Source: a bacterium (lineage in GTDB: Bacteria; Zhuqueibacterota; Zhuqueibacteria; Residuimicrobiales; Krinioviventaceae). From it: a DNA stretch of 64,000 nucleotides. Below are positions 31,313 through 42,528 of this stretch, in pieces (the first letter of the stretch is position 1; every line of letters starts with the position of its first letter). Below the pieces are notes generated by a model. It made no database searches. It worked only from the letters and a program-made list of their open reading frames with translations, and had not been told where the DNA came from. The stretch covers positions 672,001 to 736,000 of the forward strand of contig CAXXFV010000023.1 of assembly GCA_963674595.2 (NCBI GenBank), given 5' to 3'. A program made the translations under genes and the position numbers.

Positions 31313-32683
31313 GTGCCGTCTGTTAATAGTTTATTGGAAATTGCACGCAGGGGCCTTTCAGCTAGTCAGATAGGAATTAATACAACCGGTCATAATATTA
31401 CGAATGCCGAAGTAGAGGGATATTCCCGGCAGCGTGTTAATTTGCAGACAAACTCTCCCTTATATTATAGTGGATATGCTATCGGTACTGGTGTTGATGT
31501 GGATGGGATTACCAGGATACGGGATCAGTTTTTAGATAAGCAAATTAACTTACAAAAGCAATCTCTCGGTTATTTTCAGGCATTGGAAACAAAATACAAT
31601 CAGCTTGAAAGTATTTATGGAGAGCCGTCAGATACTGGTTTGGCTTCTTCATTGAACAACTTTTTTAGTGCCTGGCAGGACCTGGCAAATGATCCGGATA
31701 GTTTGGATACACGTAATTTGGTTTATCAGTCAGGTTATGCACTGAGTAATAAATTCAATTCGCTGCATTTCAAACTTACAGATTTGCAGGATTCATTGGA
31801 ACCTGATTTTGATGAAACAGTCATCCAATTTAACAGTTATACACGTCAATTAGGTGAAATAAATATCCAGTTAACGTCTGTCGGGCAGGCCAGTAGTCAG
31901 GCTGGTGATCTGTTGGATGCAAGGGACCAACTTTTACAGGATATTAGTGAAATTGCTGATGTTAATATCCAAAAAAACCAGTATGGTCAGGTTATGTTGA
32001 GTCTGGGTGGTAAAATGTTCCTGGAGCGGGACCATGTTGTAGAGTTGGAACTTCCGGATGATTCCTCTGATTTTTCTAATATTCAATGGGCAGATACACA
32101 TAATACAGCAAAAATCAGCAATGGTAAATTGCACGGTTTGATTGAAATGCATGATAATGTTTTGGGTGACCAGCTTGAAAAATTGGACAACCTGGCCCTT
32201 GGACTTGTCAGCTCTATTAATACTTTGCATAATTCGGGATATGGCATTGACGGAAGTACAAATCTTAACTTTTTTGATGGTGCTACAACCGGTGCAAAAG
32301 ACATAAAACTGGATGTAAATATGGAAAATGACGTCCGAAAAATAGCGACGTCAGCCGATGGTACGGGCGGTAATGGTGATATTGCTTTGCAAATATCCCA
32401 GTTACAGGATGAAAGAGTTCTGGCAAATTATCAAAATACTTTTAGTGAATATTATTCGGGCATCGTGTCTGAAAATGCAACGAGATTACTCGAAGTGCAA
32501 ACGAATGTAGAAGGTCAGGAGATTTTTGTTTCTCAATTGGAAGAGCAACAGGCTGCTGTCGCCAGTGTTTCTCAGGATGAAGAAATGACTAATTTGATCA
32601 AGTTCCAGCAGTCATATCAGGCCGCTGCAAAACTGGTGACCCTGGCAGAGGAAATGATGCAAACAGTTTTAGGTCTGGTTTAA
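31313..32683 (+). CDS. flgK: Hook-filament junction protein FlgK
   Basis: TGHNITNAEVEGYSRQRV, DEEMTNLIKFQQSYQAAAK. Confidence 0.96.
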   Translation: MPSVNSLLEIARRGLSASQIGINTTGHNITNAEVEGYSRQRVNLQTNSPLYYSGYAIGTGVDVDGITRIRDQFLDKQINLQKQSLGYFQALETKYNQLESIYGEPSDTGLASSLNNFFSAWQDLANDPDSLDTRNLVYQSGYALSNKFNSLHFKLTDLQDSLEPDFDETVIQFNSYTRQLGEINIQLTSVGQASSQAGDLLDARDQLLQDISEIADVNIQKNQYGQVMLSLGGKMFLERDHVVELELPDDSSDFSNIQWADTHNTAKISNGKLHGLIEMHDNVLGDQLEKLDNLALGLVSSINTLHNSGYGIDGSTNLNFFDGATTGAKDIKLDVNMENDVRKIATSADGTGGNGDIALQISQLQDERVLANYQNTFSEYYSGIVSENATRLLEVQTNVEGQEIFVSQLEEQQAAVASVSQDEEMTNLIKFQQSYQAAAKLVTLAEEMMQTVLGLV

Positions 32684-32709
32684 TTACCTGGATTTTAAAG
32701 GAAGATATA

Positions 32710-33828
32710 ATGAGAGTAACTAAAAATTATATTTATAATAGTCTGCTGCAAAATCTGCAACGTATTGAAAAAGAACAGATGAAATATTACGAGCAGTTGT
32801 CCAGCGGAAAACGAATTAACAGAGCTTCTGACGATCCGGTTGGAACGGGTAAAGTGCTTGATTTTAACAAAGAATTGAAACAACTGGAAACCTATAAAAA
32901 AAACGTAGACGATGGTGATAATTGGTTACAGTTTACCGAAGCCTCTCTGGATATTATTAATGAAGAACTTTTGGGAATGTCATCCGAAGCTACACGTTTG
33001 TCCAGTGATAGTTATGGTGAATCTGAAAGAAAGCAGGTGGCCAGTTTAGTGCAGGATGCATTAGAAAACATTATCAAAGAAGCCAATAAACAGATGGGTA
33101 CAAAATATCTTTTTGGTGGCACTGTTATTGATTCTCCTCCTTTTGAATTTACCAGTCTTGTAGAAGATGAAACTTTTACTTCAGCATTTGATACTGCTGT
33201 TGAGCTGGACTATACGGGCTTGTCATCAACCGCTGTTGTGGTTACATCGGCAGATGGCAGTGTAACGTATACCGAGGGTACCGATTTTACAATCGATAAA
33301 GATAAAGGTACGATAACGGTCCTTTCTACCGGTACAATGACAGATGCTACGGATTTTTTAATAACCTATGAAACTGAAGAGCCCAGTGTTGTTACTGTAA
33401 ATCCACAAGGAACCGACGGCCGTATTGTTCGTGAAATTGAAAAAGGTGAAGAAGTTCAAATTAATTTTTCCGGTGAAAAAGTATTTAATGATGATGTTAA
33501 TATTTTTCAAGTTTTGACTGATTTTAAAAACGCTCTTATGCGAAATGACGGAGATGCAATCCGAAGTGTAAGAACGGATATGGAATCAGCTATGAACCAA
33601 ATAATACGCAACTTGGGAACAGTCGGTTTGAAAATAGACCATTTTTCAACGACTTCCCTGGCTTTAGATGACTATGAAATTCAAATTAAGGCACTTAAAT
33701 CTTCTGTAGAAGACACAGATGTGGCAGAGGCTGCGGTGTATTATGAATCAAAAACAAATGCATATGAGAGTGCGCTACAGGCAAGTGCAAAAATTATTCA
33801 ATTAAATCTTTTAGACTATTTGGCCTAA
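32710..33828 (+). CDS. flgL: Hook-filament junction protein FlgL with an inserted beta domain
   Basis: LSSGKRINRASDDP, YLFGG, LNLLDYL. Confidence 0.94.
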   Translation: MRVTKNYIYNSLLQNLQRIEKEQMKYYEQLSSGKRINRASDDPVGTGKVLDFNKELKQLETYKKNVDDGDNWLQFTEASLDIINEELLGMSSEATRLSSDSYGESERKQVASLVQDALENIIKEANKQMGTKYLFGGTVIDSPPFEFTSLVEDETFTSAFDTAVELDYTGLSSTAVVVTSADGSVTYTEGTDFTIDKDKGTITVLSTGTMTDATDFLITYETEEPSVVTVNPQGTDGRIVREIEKGEEVQINFSGEKVFNDDVNIFQVLTDFKNALMRNDGDAIRSVRTDMESAMNQIIRNLGTVGLKIDHFSTTSLALDDYEIQIKALKSSVEDTDVAEAAVYYESKTNAYESALQASAKIIQLNLLDYLA

Positions 33829-33847
33829 CTTTGGAGAGATGTGAAAA

Positions 33848-34321
33848 ATGATGATTGAAGAGGCAACAACCTTGGTAGAGTCCAAAATTGTGAATTCACC
33901 TGTTTTAGGTGAGGTGAGGTATGTAAAGGAGGACACCTGTTTTTTCCCTGACGGAATAATAGGTTTTGAGGAATTCCAACATTTTGTAATTGTGTCAAAA
34001 CAGGGTTTTGCACCGTTTCGGTGGTTATTAAGTCTTGATGATCCACAATTTTTGTTACCTGTTGTTAGCCCTTATTTTATAATGTCGGATTACTCGCCTC
34101 GTGTAGGCCATGCGGAATTGCAAACTGTGGGCTTACGCCATGCAAAAGAAGCCGACTTTTTAGCAGTTGTTACAGTTAACCAGGAAGAAAACAGAGTTTC
34201 TGTAAATTTACGAGGCCCAATTATAATTAATCCAAAAGAGAGGCTCGCAAAACAGATTATTTTGGTAGACAGCCAATATTTGGTCCGCCACCCAATTCAT
34301 GCAGGAAGCAAAGCAGTCTAA
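33848..34321 (+). CDS. fliW: Flagellar assembly factor FliW
   Basis: FPDGIIGFE, FRWLLSLDDP, VNLRGPIIIN, KQIIL. Confidence 0.93.
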   Translation: MMIEEATTLVESKIVNSPVLGEVRYVKEDTCFFPDGIIGFEEFQHFVIVSKQGFAPFRWLLSLDDPQFLLPVVSPYFIMSDYSPRVGHAELQTVGLRHAKEADFLAVVTVNQEENRVSVNLRGPIIINPKERLAKQIILVDSQYLVRHPIHAGSKAV

Positions 34322-34345
34322 CTATTTTTGCCAAGGAAGGCTTTT

Positions 34346-34624
34346 ATGTTAATATTGACGAGGAAACCAGGCGAAAGCATCGCTATTGGTAATGAAATTA
34401 GAATAAATATTTTTGAAGTTGATGGCAGCAATGTCAGGGTTGGAATTCAAGCTCCCAAATCTGTAACAATTTATCGGGGTGAAATATATGAAAAAGTCCA
34501 GGAAGAAAACAAGGATGCTGCTCGTCTTGGAGTTAATGTAGACTTTACTATTCTGGCTAATTCACTACACCAAAATATTAAAATAATTTCTCAGGATTTA
34601 GAAGAGGTTCAAAGTGATGAGTAA
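34346..34624 (+). CDS. csrA: Carbon storage regulator CsrA
   Basis: MLILTRKPGESIAIG, VRVGIQAPKSVTIYRGEIY, C-terminal EN extension typical of FliW-binding CsrA. Confidence 0.95.
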   Translation: MLILTRKPGESIAIGNEIRINIFEVDGSNVRVGIQAPKSVTIYRGEIYEKVQEENKDAARLGVNVDFTILANSLHQNIKIISQDLEEVQSDE

Positions 34625-35714
34625 CAATAATAAAATGAACACAAAAGAAACGGCATCCGTTCCTGAAAAAACATATATCGTATCTGATAAAATTGAACTG
34701 GTTGGTTCTCTTATTTTAGAAAACCGTCTTGATGAGGCACACAAGATTTTATCTGAATTGATTGATGATGATTCGAGTTATGCTGATCAGATTTATTGTC
34801 AGCTAGGTATTATTAATATACGGCAGGGAAATTATAGTGAAGCTGAACAGAATTTGCTTAAAGCTGTTCATTTGAATCCGGAATTGACTGATGCTTTTTA
34901 TAACCTTGGCTGGCTCTATGAAACACAGGGAAAATATCAAAACGCATTATCATTTTATAAAGAAACAATATTGCAGAGTGGTGATGATGGTGAAATTTTT
35001 GAACGTATGGGACTGTGTTGTTTGGCTATAAATAATAAAAAAGATGCCGAAGTATTTTTTGATGAGGCGCTTCGCTTTTCGCCTGACTCTGTTTTATCTG
35101 CCGCACACCTGGCTGATATTTATTTTCGCCGGGGTGAAACAGACAAAGCCCAGGAAGTGTTAAAGTATTCTTTGGTATCAAATCCGAATATTCCGGAATT
35201 ACATATTACTCTGGGTACAATACAAAAAGAACTGGGTGATTATGAACATGCCATGGCCCATTTTCATAAAGCTGTAACTTTTGATGAAAACAACTCTGTT
35301 GCTTTTAATTCTTTGGGCGAATGTTGTATCGCTTTGGGTTTGGATAAACAGGCAGAGCCGTTTTTCGCCAAAGCTGCCAAACTTGATGATATGAATTTTA
35401 GCGCTGTTTATAACCTTGGTAAACTTTATTATGAAAAGAAAAAGTATGAAAATGCCGTTGTTATATTAAACCACTGGTTGGAACGTCATAAACAAGTCCA
35501 AAAATTACGCAGCGACAACGATTCTTTGAATGTGGACGCTGTACCGATTTTAAATTTACTGGGTTCGTGCTTTAAAAAACAGAACAAGACCAATGAAGCA
35601 GAAGAGGTCTGGAAACAATCTCTGGAACTTGCTCCGCAACAGGATGATATTAAAAATGAGTTAGAAAGTTCAAAACCGCTTCATAAAAAGATAACGCTGA
35701 AAATAGACGACTAG
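34614..35714 (+). CDS. TPR-repeat protein
   Basis: Many TPR units (AFYNLGWLY, AFNSLGEC, VYNLGKLY); no catalytic domain seen. Confidence 0.85.
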   Translation: MMSNNNKMNTKETASVPEKTYIVSDKIELVGSLILENRLDEAHKILSELIDDDSSYADQIYCQLGIINIRQGNYSEAEQNLLKAVHLNPELTDAFYNLGWLYETQGKYQNALSFYKETILQSGDDGEIFERMGLCCLAINNKKDAEVFFDEALRFSPDSVLSAAHLADIYFRRGETDKAQEVLKYSLVSNPNIPELHITLGTIQKELGDYEHAMAHFHKAVTFDENNSVAFNSLGECCIALGLDKQAEPFFAKAAKLDDMNFSAVYNLGKLYYEKKKYENAVVILNHWLERHKQVQKLRSDNDSLNVDAVPILNLLGSCFKKQNKTNEAEEVWKQSLELAPQQDDIKNELESSKPLHKKITLKIDD

Positions 35715-35730
35715 TCTGTATCGTGAGGAT

Positions 35731-38034
35731 GTGATGGAGGTGTATAAAGAATTACTTGAGGCGGCGGACAAGTTAGTAAACGAATGTAAATATGAAAATG
35801 CCTGCCAGGTTTGTTTGCAGGCTATAGAGCAGGAACCTGAACGGGTTGACGCTTATTATAATCTGGCGCTTATTTATCATCAACAGGGGGATGTTGATAA
35901 CGCGATCAAGTTTTTTAGGCAAGTTGTTTCCTTAAAGCCACAGGATGCTTCTGCTTCTAATAACCTTGGTGTGTTGTACTATTCACAGCAAAATTGGGAA
36001 AAGGCTAAAGAGAGTTTTAAAAACGCTGTGAATGCAGATCCTGCCTTTATTGATGCCCGTCTGAATCTCATTAAACTGTATAGGAAACTGGAAAATTTTG
36101 ATCAGGCAAAAGCTGAATTAAGAGAGTGTCATGCCCTGCAGCCTGATAATGAAAATTTGAAACAGCTTCGTAACCGGCTGCTCGCGGATATTATTCGTGC
36201 AAAAAATAACCTGCAAATTCAGATCGTTTCATTGTCGGATTTGGAAAAAAATGCCGAACGTAAATTACGCTGGGGAGATTACTGGTTTAAAAAAGAGATG
36301 CAGGACGAGTTTCGTTCCATGGGGCATGTGATTGCAAACCACAAAGCAGATGTTTTGGTCCATCTTTTCGGTGCGCCTTTAAAACAGGTTCCTGTTGATA
36401 CCTATAATATTTTATGGATACACAGTCATCCGGACTGGGTCACACCTGAAATTTTAAAACAATATGATAAAATTTACTGCCTTTCACCGCTTTTTATCGA
36501 AAAAATTGAGAAAATGGGATTTAAGGCTGATTTAATGGTTGGTGCGACCGGTAAAATTTTTAAATCCCAAAAAATTGAACATCAGGTAGTTTTTGTCGGT
36601 AATGCCAAGGGTGACGCAGGACGTAAAATAGTCCGTGATTTGGGCGATTTGAATAATTTTAATTATGACCTTGCCGTATGGGGCGAAGGATGGGACAAAG
36701 CTGTTCCGGCTGAAAGTTGGAAAGGATTATATTTTTCAAATGAAGACCTGGACAAGCTGTATGCCGCTTCTGAAATTACACTGAATGATCATCATGATGA
36801 TATGCAAAGAAACGGATTTATTAATCCCCGAGTTTTGGATGTTATGGCAAGTGGCGGATTTGTTGTTTCCGAATTTAATCCGGCTCATTCGGTGTTGTTT
36901 GGCGATATTGTTTCCGAATATAAAACACCTCAAGAACTTTTAAATTTGGTGGATTTTTATATTAATAATCCCCAGGAGCGACAAAAGAAAATTAATCAGG
37001 GTGTAGAAACAGCACAAAAATATACTTTTCGAAAATGTGTGCAGCAAATTTTAGCCGATTTGGATACACCTTATTGGAGAAAAAACATGACAGAGTATGA
37101 ACAATATATAGAAAAAGCGGACCTGGCCAAAAAGCAGGGCGATTTTGAAAAAGCGGTTGATCTGTTGAATAATGCCCGTGCTTTGGATGATAACAGGGCA
37201 GAAGCTTTTTATAATTTGGGCTGGATTTATGCTCAACTGGAAAACACAAATTATGCAATAGAAAATTATGAAAAGGCCCTGCACATTCAACAGGACGATA
37301 CCATTTTGACTGAGCTGGGTGCTTTATATTCCGCAAAAGCTGATGAAAGTTATAAAAAAGCGCTGGCCCTGAATCCGCAATCTGACCAGGCCCAAAAAGG
37401 GCTCGTTAAAGGGAACGGCCGGATGGCAAGCCATTCAAAGACCAATGTCACCATCATTGCCGGCGCTATTTACAGCGGAACGTCCATGGTTGCCAAAATA
37501 TGTAAAGACAACGGAATATGGCTGGGCGATACGCTGGACAGTCATGGTATTAAAAAAGATTATAAAATTTATGAAAACGCCCGCTTTTTACAGCTATGTA
37601 AAAACGCTTTGGGAATGGAAAAAGACTTGCAGGGACAGGATATTAACCAATTATTTATAGAGTTTTTTCAGCAGTTGCCCAAAGACAAGCCAGTAGTTCT
37701 GAAATTCCCCGAGTCCTTTTATTTGCTCGATCACATGAAATCCAAATTAGGCCTTAATTTTAAGGTGATTTATGTTATGAGAAATCCGTACCAGCGTGCG
37801 CTTTCCTATCAAAAACGGACGAATGCGCTTAATTATGTTACGGCTCTGCATGACTGGAATGAGGCTTATATTCGTCTTTCTCAGCATACTAAAGGTATTG
37901 ATGTATATACTATCCTTTACGAACGCTTTTTTACGGAACCGGAAATTGAAACAAAAAAGATGCTGGATTTTATTGGTGTGGATTATGAAACCGTCAATGT
38001 TTCCAGTATCGATAAAGGCCTAAAAAGATTTTAA
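35731..38034 (+). CDS. TPR - CgeB-like glycosyltransferase - TPR - sulfotransferase-like fusion
   Basis: FVGNA and INPRVLDVMASGGFVVS (GT); IAGAIYSGTS and VMRNPYQRALSY (PAPS-binding motifs). Confidence 0.78.
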   Translation: MMEVYKELLEAADKLVNECKYENACQVCLQAIEQEPERVDAYYNLALIYHQQGDVDNAIKFFRQVVSLKPQDASASNNLGVLYYSQQNWEKAKESFKNAVNADPAFIDARLNLIKLYRKLENFDQAKAELRECHALQPDNENLKQLRNRLLADIIRAKNNLQIQIVSLSDLEKNAERKLRWGDYWFKKEMQDEFRSMGHVIANHKADVLVHLFGAPLKQVPVDTYNILWIHSHPDWVTPEILKQYDKIYCLSPLFIEKIEKMGFKADLMVGATGKIFKSQKIEHQVVFVGNAKGDAGRKIVRDLGDLNNFNYDLAVWGEGWDKAVPAESWKGLYFSNEDLDKLYAASEITLNDHHDDMQRNGFINPRVLDVMASGGFVVSEFNPAHSVLFGDIVSEYKTPQELLNLVDFYINNPQERQKKINQGVETAQKYTFRKCVQQILADLDTPYWRKNMTEYEQYIEKADLAKKQGDFEKAVDLLNNARALDDNRAEAFYNLGWIYAQLENTNYAIENYEKALHIQQDDTILTELGALYSAKADESYKKALALNPQSDQAQKGLVKGNGRMASHSKTNVTIIAGAIYSGTSMVAKICKDNGIWLGDTLDSHGIKKDYKIYENARFLQLCKNALGMEKDLQGQDINQLFIEFFQQLPKDKPVVLKFPESFYLLDHMKSKLGLNFKVIYVMRNPYQRALSYQKRTNALNYVTALHDWNEAYIRLSQHTKGIDVYTILYERFFTEPEIETKKMLDFIGVDYETVNVSSIDKGLKRF

Positions 38035-38047
38035 GATTGAAAGAAAA

Positions 38048-39058
38048 ATGAATCAGGATATGGAAAAATATCAATTACTTATTCAGCAAGCCCGGAGCTT
38101 TGTGGAAAACGATCAGGAACAGGAAGCAATATTGCTTTATAACAAAGCCATTCAACTTGTTCCCATGCGTGCAGATGCCCATTATGAATTGGCAGTGCTG
38201 CATCATAATATGGGTAATGTGGAAAATGCCATCAAGAGTTTTCAACAAGTTGTAACTATTGAACCTAAAGATGTTTCTGCTCTTAACAATCTTGCTGTTT
38301 TGTCCTATGTTAATGGAAATTTGAATGACGCAGAAAAATATTTTTTCCGGACACTGGAAATTGATGTGGGGGCAAGTGAAGCTTCTTTAGGACTGGCTAA
38401 AATTTATAACAAACAAGACCGTTTTGAAGAAGCTATAGTTGCATTGAAAAAATGCCTGACTCATGATCTGAAAAATGAAAATGCAAACGAATTGCTGCAA
38501 AAGATTTTGTTGAAAACATACTCTCCCAAATCCATTAATATCTCCAATGATTCCTTCAAAATGTGCGCTGTTGTCAATAATTCGGACGCCCAGACAGCCC
38601 TGGACCAATTATGGGCTTGTTTTTTGGCATTCGACGCTGTCAGCATACATTATCCAAATGTGGTGCTGGATCTGTATTCCTGTGTGGAAGTGAATGACTG
38701 TCCCTGGGAATTACTGGACGTATTAAATAACAACAATCGGATTTTAATGAATAAAATTGATGATTTTTCAGACCAACATTTATCTGCTGATTTGTTTGTT
38801 TCTCTTGAAACGAACGCTGACTTTTTAGTGCCCCTAAAACAGGCAATTGAAAAAAGTATCCCTGTTTTATGTGCAGGCTCTACTGTAACTGATACTTTTG
38901 TGCAACATGGGGTCAACGGTTTGTTATTACAGGATTCATCCAATGGATCGATTTCGATAAATGAATTGGCCGCTAAAATTGCATTTTGTGCCGGCGACCC
39001 GGAATTCGTTAAAAAGCTTGGACAGAAGATCGGTTTGAAAGAGGGGGCAAAACAATGA
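38048..39058 (+). CDS. TPR protein with a degenerate GT-B C-terminal domain
   Basis: N-terminal TPRs; ADLFVS..., AIEKSIPVL, FVQHGVNGLL resemble the GT4 nucleotide-binding half. Confidence 0.65.
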   Translation: MNQDMEKYQLLIQQARSFVENDQEQEAILLYNKAIQLVPMRADAHYELAVLHHNMGNVENAIKSFQQVVTIEPKDVSALNNLAVLSYVNGNLNDAEKYFFRTLEIDVGASEASLGLAKIYNKQDRFEEAIVALKKCLTHDLKNENANELLQKILLKTYSPKSINISNDSFKMCAVVNNSDAQTALDQLWACFLAFDAVSIHYPNVVLDLYSCVEVNDCPWELLDVLNNNNRILMNKIDDFSDQHLSADLFVSLETNADFLVPLKQAIEKSIPVLCAGSTVTDTFVQHGVNGLLLQDSSNGSISINELAAKIAFCAGDPEFVKKLGQKIGLKEGAKQ

Positions 39059-40449
39059 ATAATACCATGAAAAATCACATTCCCGGAGTTTTTCGTAAAA
39101 TTTGCTGGATTGGCGCTTACAAGGGCGAGCATGTATTGGGAAAATATATCTGCAATGCGCTGAAAAATTTGGGATTTACAGTTGAAGTTTTAGATTATCG
39201 TGAAAATATAGAAATTTTAGACCAGCTTTTTCCGAAAATAAATGCCGATTTGGTCATCATCAGCCGGGGCGGAGGTATTCCGCCACAATTAATTGAAAAA
39301 CTGTCCTGTCCCACTGTTTTGTGGTTTGGAGAAGTTATTCATGGAGATGATGAAAATTCCAGGGCCCGGCTAAAGGAACTGGAAATTAATTCGAGGGTTT
39401 TTGATTATGTGGTTTGGGGCGCTGAAAAAAATCCGGAAAGTATGCAGTTATTGCGAAATTTGGGATGCAGCCGGGTTAATTATGCTTATCCCTGCCGTTT
39501 TGATCCGAACCTTTATCAAAAACTGAATGTAGAAAAAAAATACGATGTTGGCTTTGTCGGTTCCATCACACAAAGACGTAAATATTTTTTGGATAAAATT
39601 GCACAGAAATTTAATCTGGAAGTAAAAAATATCTGGTCCATTGCAGAGCAGGTCCGGTTTTTTAACGAATGTAAAATTGTATTACATATCAACTCGTTCG
39701 ATTTTATCAATATCGCCGGGGTTAATTTACGTGCCTTTGATGTTATGGGATGCGGGTCCATGGTCCTTCATGAAGATGTTGTCTACCCGTCTGTTTTTGG
39801 TCACGAGTTTGAGGACGGTAAACATCTGGCCTATTGGCAATATAACGATGCCGATGATCTGTTGGAAAAGATCGGATATTATTTAAAAAATGAAAAGGAA
39901 CGTGAACAGATTGCCGGCGACGGATTTGATTTTGTTCACAGTTATTATACAGTGGAACGTACCATGGAAGAGCTGCTGAATAAAGTACAATATGATATTA
40001 AAGCAGGAACAATTGGTGCGAAAAGTAACGAATATTTTGATAAATGGGGCCGAGTTACAGATTCGAAAAATATATTTTATAAAGCTGTTGAACAGGTGGT
40101 GTCACCCAGCTATGCTTCATCCTATTATGAACGCGGAAAAATTTATTTTGAATTAAAGCTATGGAACAAAGCACGGACGATGCTGGAACAGAGTGTCAAC
40201 AGAGACCGTGGATATGTGGATGCGTTATTTTTATTGGCCCTTACCTATTTAAATTTGGATATGGATTCATTAGCTATACAACAATTGCACCGTGTGTTAA
40301 AAGAAAAACCTTTGCATAAACAAGCTCATCAGCTTTTGGGCGATATTTATATGCAGCACGGTGACGATGAACGAGGGTGTTATTATCAGTTAAAAGGAGA
40401 AAAATTATTTTCTCAAAAACCCTCACCTTATTACAAGGAGAGTTTGTAA
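39055..40449 (+). CDS. CgeB-like glycosyltransferase with C-terminal TPRs
   Basis: [35 protein letters not shown]. Confidence 0.82.
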   Translation: MNNTMKNHIPGVFRKICWIGAYKGEHVLGKYICNALKNLGFTVEVLDYRENIEILDQLFPKINADLVIISRGGGIPPQLIEKLSCPTVLWFGEVIHGDDENSRARLKELEINSRVFDYVVWGAEKNPESMQLLRNLGCSRVNYAYPCRFDPNLYQKLNVEKKYDVGFVGSITQRRKYFLDKIAQKFNLEVKNIWSIAEQVRFFNECKIVLHINSFDFINIAGVNLRAFDVMGCGSMVLHEDVVYPSVFGHEFEDGKHLAYWQYNDADDLLEKIGYYLKNEKEREQIAGDGFDFVHSYYTVERTMEELLNKVQYDIKAGTIGAKSNEYFDKWGRVTDSKNIFYKAVEQVVSPSYASSYYERGKIYFELKLWNKARTMLEQSVNRDRGYVDALFLLALTYLNLDMDSLAIQQLHRVLKEKPLHKQAHQLLGDIYMQHGDDERGCYYQLKGEKLFSQKPSPYYKESL

Positions 40450-41405
40450 TGATTGAAGGAAAAACAATTTTTATAACAGGTGGAGCAGGATTTATCGGTT
40501 CGGCTATTGCCGGGCGGCTTGTTGAAAAGAATAAAATAATTGCTTTTGATAATTTGGCAAGAAATTCTCTAAAGGACAAGGCCTTTTCCGAACATAAAAA
40601 TTTGACGATGATACAAGGTGATGTTTTGGATTTTGATTTGCTGGCTAAATCAATGAAGGGCGCTGACGTTGTAGTGCACTGTGCTGCAATTGCCGGAATT
40701 GATACCGTTATAAAAAGTCCCACATCTACCATGCGGGTCAACATGGTTGGTTCAGCCAATGTATTGGAAGCCGCTTCAAGATTACCCCGATGCGACAGAG
40801 TTGTCTGTTTTTCCACTAGTGAAGTTTTCGGGCAGCATGCCTTTCGTTCTACGGAAACAGATCAGACCGTTATGGGACAAATCGGTGAAGCACGGTGGAC
40901 CTATGCTGTCAGTAAGCTGGCTGAAGAACATTTGGCAATTGCTTATTATCATGAAAAATGGCTGCCGACAACAGTTGTCAGGCCTTTTAATGTATATGGA
41001 CCGGGACAGGTAGGAGAAGGCGCTTTAAGGATTTTTATACAAAAAGCGATTAAAAATGAAAAAATAGAGATTCATGGCGACGGCACCCAAATTCGTGCAT
41101 GGTGTTATGTTGACGATATGGTAGACGGCGTTTTACTGGCAATGGCGCATCCAAAAGCTGTTGGTGAGTCTTTTAATATCGGTAACCAAAAAGCTATTAC
41201 CACAATCTATGGTTTGGCAAATACCGTTGTTCGGGTCCTTGACTCTAAATCGAAAATAGAATTTACCCGTAAAAATTATGCTGATGTTGAATTGCGTATT
41301 CCTTCTGTTACCAAAGCAAGAGATCTGTTGGGTTTTGAAGCAAAAATGGACCTTGATGAAGGTATCCAGTTAACAGCAGATTATTATAGAGGGCACACAG
41401 AGTGA
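40449..41405 (+). CDS. NAD-dependent NDP-sugar epimerase/dehydratase
   Basis: [27 protein letters not shown]. Confidence 0.92.
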   Translation: MIEGKTIFITGGAGFIGSAIAGRLVEKNKIIAFDNLARNSLKDKAFSEHKNLTMIQGDVLDFDLLAKSMKGADVVVHCAAIAGIDTVIKSPTSTMRVNMVGSANVLEAASRLPRCDRVVCFSTSEVFGQHAFRSTETDQTVMGQIGEARWTYAVSKLAEEHLAIAYYHEKWLPTTVVRPFNVYGPGQVGEGALRIFIQKAIKNEKIEIHGDGTQIRAWCYVDDMVDGVLLAMAHPKAVGESFNIGNQKAITTIYGLANTVVRVLDSKSKIEFTRKNYADVELRIPSVTKARDLLGFEAKMDLDEGIQLTADYYRGHTE

Positions 41406-42526
41406 TCCGATTGTGCCGACCTGTTATAGAACCGCACGAGTTGCAGGCTGTTGAAAATGTGTTGAAATCCGGTATGCTGGTCCAGGGAAAAAATGTGGCC
41501 GAGTTTGAAAAGACTGTAGCAGACTATATCGGTATAGAGCATGCTGTTGCCGTCAGCAGTGGTACCGCAGCCTTGCATTTGTCATTGCTGGCATTGGGCG
41601 TTAAATCCGGCGATTTGGTGCTCGTATCTTCCTATTCATGGCCGGCAACCGCCAATGTTATCGAATTATGCGGTGCAAAACCTGTTTTTGTTGATATTCT
41701 ACCGGACACTTTTAACATGGATACATCCAATTTGGATAAAACCCTTGAACAGCTTTCTGAAAGTGAACTGGAAAATATTAAGGCAATCGTTCCTGTTGAT
41801 GCTTTTGGACAAATGGCGGAAATGAACAAGATAAAAGAATTAAGTGAAAAGTATGATATTCCTATAGTCGAAGATGCGGCGTGTGCATTGGGTGCTGTTC
41901 ATAATGATAAAAAGGCCGGAGCATGGAGTGATTTTACATGCTTTAGTTTTCATCCGCGAAAAGCCGTGACCACTGGTGAAGGCGGCATCATTGCTACCGG
42001 TAACGAATCCTGGGCAAATACTTTAAAAACGCTACGTAATCATGGGCTGGATGCTACCGCTTCCAAACCGGATTTTATCGTACCAGGATTTAATTATCGT
42101 ATGACCGATTTTCAGGGTGCACTCGGTATCCATCAAATGGCAAAAATGGATGCCCTGATTGAAAAACGTATAGCGGCCGCGAAAAACTATAACGAACTTT
42201 TAAAAGATACTGTTGTTACTGCCCCGGTCGTGTCAGCGAACAATATACATGTATACCAGTCTTATATTGTTTTGCTGCCGAATGGAGTTGCAGATCAACG
42301 TGATACTATCATTCAAAAGATGCGTGACGATGATGTTGAAACCTCTATTGGTACATGGCATATGCCGTTGACTACTTTTTATAAAAATCAATATGGCTTT
42401 ATGCCGGGAGATTTTCCGGTAACCGATGACGTTTTTAAACGATCTCTGGCTTTACCGCTGGACGCACAAATTACAAAAGACGAACAAAAGCAGGTTGTTA
42501 ATACTTTATTAAAATATATAAAATAA
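41402..42526 (+). CDS. DegT/DnrJ/EryC1/StrS PLP-dependent sugar aminotransferase
   Basis: [38 protein letters not shown]. Confidence 0.95.
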   Translation: MIRLCRPVIEPHELQAVENVLKSGMLVQGKNVAEFEKTVADYIGIEHAVAVSSGTAALHLSLLALGVKSGDLVLVSSYSWPATANVIELCGAKPVFVDILPDTFNMDTSNLDKTLEQLSESELENIKAIVPVDAFGQMAEMNKIKELSEKYDIPIVEDAACALGAVHNDKKAGAWSDFTCFSFHPRKAVTTGEGGIIATGNESWANTLKTLRNHGLDATASKPDFIVPGFNYRMTDFQGALGIHQMAKMDALIEKRIAAAKNYNELLKDTVVTAPVVSANNIHVYQSYIVLLPNGVADQRDTIIQKMRDDDVETSIGTWHMPLTTFYKNQYGFMPGDFPVTDDVFKRSLALPLDAQITKDEQKQVVNTLLKYIK

Positions 42527-42528
42527 AC

